The notes beneath the pieces were generated by a model. The model was not told the DNA's origin, made no database searches, and saw only the letters and a program-made list of their open reading frames with translations. The position numbers and the translations under genes were made by a program. DNA of 64,000 nucleotides. It comes from Candidatus Latescibacterota bacterium. GTDB taxonomy: Bacteria > Latescibacterota > UBA2968. Numbering within the stretch: position 1 is the stretch's first letter; each line of letters opens with the position of its first letter. The stretch covers positions 2,272,001-2,336,000 of the forward strand of contig OZ241986.1 of NCBI GenBank assembly GCA_965204375.1, given 5' to 3'. Positions 60,501 to 64,000 of the stretch are shown here, piece after piece.

Positions 60501-63500
60501 TCATCCCCTTCCGCAACAGAATCATTCACCGGCGTAATCGTAAACGTCCCCATACCACTCGTCTGACCCGATGCGATCGTCACCGTAAAGTTACTCACCG
60601 ATCCATAATCGTCTGGCGAAGTCGCTGTCCCATCCGCCACGCTCACCGTCACTGTCGTCGCGCCTACCAGTACCGCGCCGTTCAGCATCGCCGTCACACT
60701 CACCGTCTGAGAACCGCCCTCCTCCGTCACGCTCTCCGGACTCAGGCTCAAAGCAATACCTGTCGATGCCGCATCATTATCCATAATTTTCAGACTCGCA
60801 CCCGTCACCGAAAGGGCACCCGCAGAGCCGTTCACCGACACCTGTTCTTCTCCCTCCGATATAGAATCGTCACTCGGCGTGATCGTAAACGTCCCGCTAC
60901 CACTGGTCTCTTCCCCGCCGATCATCACGGTGAAATCCGCTACGGTACCATAGTCCGTGCCCTCCGTGGCACTGTCACTGCCAGAACCCACGCTCACCGT
61001 CACCGTCGTCGCATCAGGCAATACCGACCCTGAAAGCGTTGCCGTCACGCTCACTGTCGTTGCAGAATCACCCTCACCTACCATAGCAGGGTCCACAGAA
61101 AGATCAACGGTCGGTGCTGTGTCATTGTCGGTAATCGTCAGTGACGTTCCATTCACCGTAAGACCTGACGTGCTACCACCCACCGAAACTGTCTCATTAC
61201 CCTCCGCAACTGAATCGTCACTCGGACTAATCGTAAACGTCCCACTACCACTTGATGAACCAGCAGCTATGGTCACCGTCACATCCGACACGGTACTATA
61301 GTCTGTACCTTCGGTCGCACTGTCATTGGTAGCCCCTATCGAGACCGTCACCGTCGTCGCCACCGTCCGCGCAGATTCATTCAACGTCGCTGTCACGCTC
61401 ACCGTCGTCGCGCTTGCACCCTCACCAACCGACGAGGGAGATACAGACAACGCCACCTCAGTCGAAGCCGTATCATCATCCGTCACAGACACCGCCACCT
61501 CATCCGCTGTGGTTACGCTACCATACCCACTCACCGTATGACTGATCGTAGCACTACCATTGTCTGCATCATCATCCGAAACCCCGCTCACCGTCACTGT
61601 CTGTGCTGTGCTCCAGTTGGTCGTCGTGAATGTCACAGTCACTGGGGACACTGTCGCCACACTTGTCGCACTACTCCTCGCACTCACCGTCACATTACCA
61701 CCTGGCTGACTACTCAGTTTCAGCGTATAGGTATTCGTGCTACCTTCACCCACCGTCAGCGTCTTCGGAGAAACCACCACACCTGCCATGTCGTCATCCG
61801 TAATCGTCAGTGACGTCCCATTCACCGTCAGACCTGACGTGCTACCACTCACCGAAACTGTCTCATTACCCTCCGCAACAGAATCATCACTCGGACTAAT
61901 CGTAAACGTCCCGCTACCACTTGTCTGACCCGATGAGATCGTCACCGTGACGTCATTCACAGATGCGTAGTCTGTACCCTCCGTCGCACTGTCACTGGTA
62001 GTTCCTATCGAGACCGTCACCGTCGTCGCCACTGTCCGCGCATCTGCATTCAGCGTCGCTGTCACACTCACCGTCGTTGCAGAATCATCCTCACCCACTG
62101 ACGAGGGAGATACCGACAACGCCACCGAACTGGATGCCGTCTCATCATCACGGATCGTCAAACTCGCTGTATCACCTGTCAGACCTGACACACTGCCACG
62201 CACAGAAACCGTCTCATTCCCCTCCGCAACAGAATCATTCACTGGACTAATTGTAAACGTCCCGCTACCACTCGTCTTCTCCGCTGCTATCGTTACGGTG
62301 ACATCCGACACAGCACCATAGTCCGTACCCTCTACCGCACTGTCACCACTCGCTCCGACAGACACCGTCACCGTCGTCGCACCCGGCAATGCTGACCCGT
62401 TCAACATCACCGTCACGCTCACCGTCACAGAACCACCATTTTCTGTCACACTATTCGGATTCAGACTCAACCCTATCCCGGTCGGCGACGTATCATTATC
62501 CATAATTTTCAGACTCGCACCCGTCACCGAAAGAGTGCCCGCAGAGCCGTTCACAGAAACCTGTTCTTCTCCTTCCGATATAGAATCGTCACTCGGCGTA
62601 ATCGTAAACGTCCCGCTACCACTTGACGAATTAGCTGCTATCGTTACGGTGACATCCGACACGGTACCATAGTCCGTGCCCTCTACCGCACTGTCACCAC
62701 TCGCTCCGACAGACACCGTCACCGTCGTCGCACCTGGCAGTACCGACCCTGAAAGCGTTGCCGTCACACTCACCGTCGTCGCGCTATCACCCTCACTAAC
62801 CATCGCAGGGTCCACAGAAAGATCAACGGTCGGTGCCGTGTCATTGTCTGTAATCGTCAGCGATGTCCCATTCACAGTCAGACCTGTGGCACTGCCACTC
62901 ACAGAAACCGTCTCGTTCCCTTCCAATATCGAATCGTCACTCGGCGTGATTGTAAACGTCCCGCTACCACTTGTATTCCCCGATGCTATCGTCACCGTCA
63001 CATCAGACACAGTACCATAGTCCGTGCCCTCGGTTGCACTGTCATTGGTAGCCCCTATCGAGATCGTCACCGTCGTCGCTACCGTCCGCGCAGATTCATT
63101 CAACGTCGCTGTCACACTCACCGTCGTCGCGCTTGCACCCTCACCTACCGACGAGGGAGATACAGACAACGCCACTGAACTGGAAGCCGTATCATCATCT
63201 GTTACAGACACCGCTACCTGATCCGCTGTGGTCACAGAGCCATATCCACTCACCGTATGACTGATCGTAGCACTGTCATTCTCTGCATCATCGTCCGCAA
63301 CCCCGCTCACTGTCACCGTCTGCGCTGTGCTCCAATTGCTTGAGGTGAATGTCACAGTCACTGGGGACACTGTCGCCACACTTGTCGCACTACTCCTCGC
63401 ACTCACTGTCACATTTCCACCTGGCTGGCTACTCAGTTTCAGCGTATAGGTATTCGTGCTACCCTCACCCACTGTCAGACTGGTTGGATTGACCACCACA

Positions 63501-64000
63501 CCTGCCGTCTCATCATCCGTCACAGACACCGCCACTTGATCCGCTGTGGTCACGGAGCCATACCCACTCACCGTATGGCTGATCGTAGCACTGTCATTGT
63601 CTGCATCATCATCCGAAACCCCACTCACTGTTACCGTCTGTGCATCACTCCAATTGCTTGAGGTGAATGTCACAGTCACTGGCGATACTGTCGCAACACT
63701 TGTCGCACTACTCCTCGCACTCACCGTCACATTCCCACCCGGCTTACTACTCAGCTTCAGCGTATAGGTCTTGCTCGAACCCTCATTTATCGTCAGACTG
63801 GTTGGATTGACTACCACACCTGCCACGTCGTCATCGGTAATCGTCAGCAATGTTCCATTCACCGTAAGACCTGACGTGCTACCATCCACCGAAACTGTCT
63901 CATTACCCTCCGCAACTGAATCGTCCGTCGGCGTGATTGTAAACGTCCCGCTACCACTTGATGAACCAGCAGCTATGGTCACTGTAACATCCGATACGGT
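54560..64000 (-). CDS. Giant repetitive surface protein (Calx-beta/Ig-like repeats) with C-terminal autotransporter-like beta-domain; 5' end outside the window
   Basis: Frame open to 64000; about 16 type-A and 7 type-B S/T/V/D-rich repeats; linker helix then ALWGGGDY, HLGAD, HPY, GGRYDGGDGETG; C-terminal F. Confidence 0.88.
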   Translation of the reverse strand, partial: TVSDVTVTIAAGSSSGSGTFTITPTDDSVAEGNETVSVDGSTSGLTVNGTLLTITDDDVAGVVVNPTSLTINEGSSKTYTLKLSSKPGGNVTVSARSSATSVATVSPVTVTFTSSNWSDAQTVTVSGVSDDDADNDSATISHTVSGYGSVTTADQVAVSVTDDETAGVVVNPTSLTVGEGSTNTYTLKLSSQPGGNVTVSARSSATSVATVSPVTVTFTSSNWSTAQTVTVSGVADDDAENDSATISHTVSGYGSVTTADQVAVSVTDDDTASSSVALSVSPSSVGEGASATTVSVTATLNESARTVATTVTISIGATNDSATEGTDYGTVSDVTVTIASGNTSGSGTFTITPSDDSILEGNETVSVSGSATGLTVNGTSLTITDNDTAPTVDLSVDPAMVSEGDSATTVSVTATLSGSVLPGATTVTVSVGASGDSAVEGTDYGTVSDVTVTIAANSSSGSGTFTITPSDDSISEGEEQVSVNGSAGTLSVTGASLKIMDNDTSPTGIGLSLNPNSVTENGGSVTVSVTVMLNGSALPGATTVTVSVGASGDSAVEGTDYGAVSDVTVTIAAEKTSGSGTFTISPVNDSVAEGNETVSVRGSVSGLTGDTASLTIRDDETASSSVALSVSPSSVGEDDSATTVSVTATLNADARTVATTVTVSIGTTSDSATEGTDYASVNDVTVTISSGQTSGSGTFTISPSDDSVAEGNETVSVSGSTSGLTVNGTSLTITDDDMAGVVVSPKTLTVGEGSTNTYTLKLSSQPGGNVTVSARSSATSVATVSPVTVTFTTTNWSTAQTVTVSGVSDDDADNGSATISHTVSGYGSVTTADEVAVSVTDDDTASTEVALSVSPSSVGEGASATTVSVTATLNESARTVATTVTVSIGATNDSATEGTDYSTVSDVTVTIAAGSSSGSGTFTISPSDDSVAEGNETVSVGGSTSGLTVNGTSLTITDNDTAPTVDLSVDPAMVGEGDSATTVSVTATLSGSVLPDATTVTVSVGSGSDSATEGTDYGTVADFTVMIGGEETSGSGTFTITPSDDSISEGEEQVSVNGSAGALSVTGASLKIMDNDAASTGIALSLSPESVTEEGGSQTVSVTAMLNGAVLVGATTVTVSVADGTATSPDDYGSVSNFTVTIASGQTSGMGTFTITPVNDSVAEGDETVSVRGSASGLTGDTASLTIRDDDTASSSVALAVVPSSVGESDSATTVTVTATLNADARTVATTVTVSVGAGSDSATEGTDYASVNDVTVTIAAGQTNGTGTFTITPNDDSFAEGNETVTVTGSTSDLTVTDTELTITDNDMASTGIDLSLNPNAVTEDGGSQTVTVTAMLNGSARTVATTVTVSVADGTATSPDDYGAVSNFTVTIATGQTSGTGMFAITPVNDSVAEGNETVSVRGSASGLTVNGTSLTIRDDDTEPTETPTVSSSVSLTVVPSSVGEGDGATTVTVTARLNADARTVETLVTVSVGDAGDSATEGTDYGTVSDFRVTIAAGQTSGTETFTITPVNDSIVEGSETVSVTGSTPGLTVNGTSLTITDNDTAPTGIQLSLNPGSVTEEGGAQTVTVTAMLNGSALPDVTTVTVSVSDGTATSPDDYGAVGAITVTIATGQTNGTGTFSITPVNDSIVEGDETVTVQGTAPGLTVNGTSLTIRDNDTEPDETGTQTASSSVVLKVVPSSVGEGDGATIVSVTATLNADARTVVTTVMVSVGDGSATEGTDYGTVSDFRVTIAAGQTSGMGTFTITPVNDSIVEGSETVSVTGSTPGLTVNGTSLTITDDDTEPTETQSSSVVLKVVPSSVGEGDSETTVTVTATLNADARTMATTVMVSVGDVGDSAIEGTDYTEVNDFTVTIVAGQTSGTGMFMLRPVNDSIAEEDEKISVTGSATDLTVTNTELTIADNDATTGTDERGVTVVPTTLTIAEGGTGTYTVVLDTRPSGTVTVRASSSATGVARVSPVSMRFTPFSWNTAQTVTVTGVQDYDAYSESTMITHVVSGYGSVTTADPVAVSVKDDEVPGVTIEPTALTIAEGGTGTYTVVLDTRPSGTVTVRASSGATGVARVSPVSMRFTPFSWNTAQTVTVTGVQDYDAYSESATISHAVSGYGSVTTADSVAVSVTDDDTASTEVALSVSPSEVGEGASATTVTVTATLNESARTVATTVTVSVGDGSDSATEGTDYDTVSNFTVTIGAEQTSGMGTFTLSPVDDSIAEGNETVSIKGTATNFTVVGAALKIVDNDAPPTGIGLSLSPNIVTEDGGSQTVTVTAMLNGSALPVATTVTVSVADGTATSPDDYGPVSNVTVTIAAGQTDGTGTFTITPVNDSVAEGDETVQVNGSASGLTATDTELTLRDDDTASSSVALTVVPSSVGEDDSATTVTVTATLNADARTVATTVTVSVGDGSDSATEGTDYGAVSDFTVTIVAGQTSGMETFTLTPVNDAIAEGEETVSMSGSATDLAVTDTELTIADNDKVPTDTDGGVTVVPTALTITEGGFSTYTVVLNARPSGTVTVTPINGTTDIVTISPVSVTFTPDTWNEAQTITVTGMQDDDAYSESTMITHVVSRYDGVTTAEPVMVAVMDDGVPGVTIEPVALTIAEGGTGTYTVVLDTRPSGTVTVRATSDVTGVTRVSGVLTFTPDTWSRAQTVSLTTTEDDDAYSESTTITHVVSGYDEVTTTTPVRVTVTDNDIAVNPALLADLARALADQRVGAITRRIGRARDGGGSELPTSLFSLPGGWPGLFYALNRDASTSRHMMSSIFKDMMNSTFKSMMNSSDFVLASHSASPQQYASSFALWGGGDYRNFASRGGAAAWNGDLFTIHLGADARLFNDYIAGIAAAWSLSELDLSGTGNGDAYNLILASVHPYANWRRNDWEAWITAGYGRGGLEIGTRSSDVNTRTAGGGLSTQAVALGATRLRLKSETMWTSLEVADSSLKGAGIVGLTVDASRMRMALEATQNRAVGNGARLSSTLEVGGRYDGGDGETGGGAELGSGLSYAVQRLTLASNGRVLVRRGYRELSGQIEVELIPGKDGRGLSFSLGPGYGDSASGIRMLYERGLRGQGLEATGSGAARLNARLGYGLFASGGVLTLSGEMTTTRGTRSYRLGPHWKFERLDVQVSGERRASIVGRATHAILLQYRQQF

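Noticed and set aside
55900-64000. Long DNA repeats as a DGR template/variable pair or array
   Set aside because: Repeats are in-frame protein domains, differences are not adenine-specific, and no reverse transcriptase is present

Overview
Bacterial DNA of roughly 50-55% GC (by eye). The TonB receptor, T9SS-type C-terminal domain protein, PorV-family gene, GWxTD protein, two DUF6785-like membrane proteins, sulfatases and a giant Calx-beta-like autotransporter suggest an FCB-group (Latescibacterota/Gemmatimonadota-like), possibly host-associated organism; this is inference only. A backbone of carbohydrate and redox genes is interrupted by three defence/TA patches. (1) At 12.8-26.6 kb is a type I R-M locus (hsdM, hsdS, hsdR, M48 peptidase). 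Its HsdS carries a ~200-aa DarG-C/SocA-like antitoxin-type extension, and it encloses Shedu and three HATPase_c_4-family genes, two of them hollowed out. The hsdS-hsdR module is bracketed by copies of the hsdM 3' end. (2) At 38.4-42.4 kb are a frameshifted HEPN gene, DUF2442, a GmrSD-HEPN fusion and an RHH gene, largely bracketed by a duplicated gene 5' end. (3) At 47.8-50 kb are an ABC ATPase, a PD-(D/E)xK-like partner and a gene remnant. Two copies of a REP-containing MITE-like element with 6-7 bp flanking direct repeats are present. No integrase, transposase, tRNA, rRNA or CRISPR array was recognised. All family assignments come from motif recognition by eye, not from database searches.
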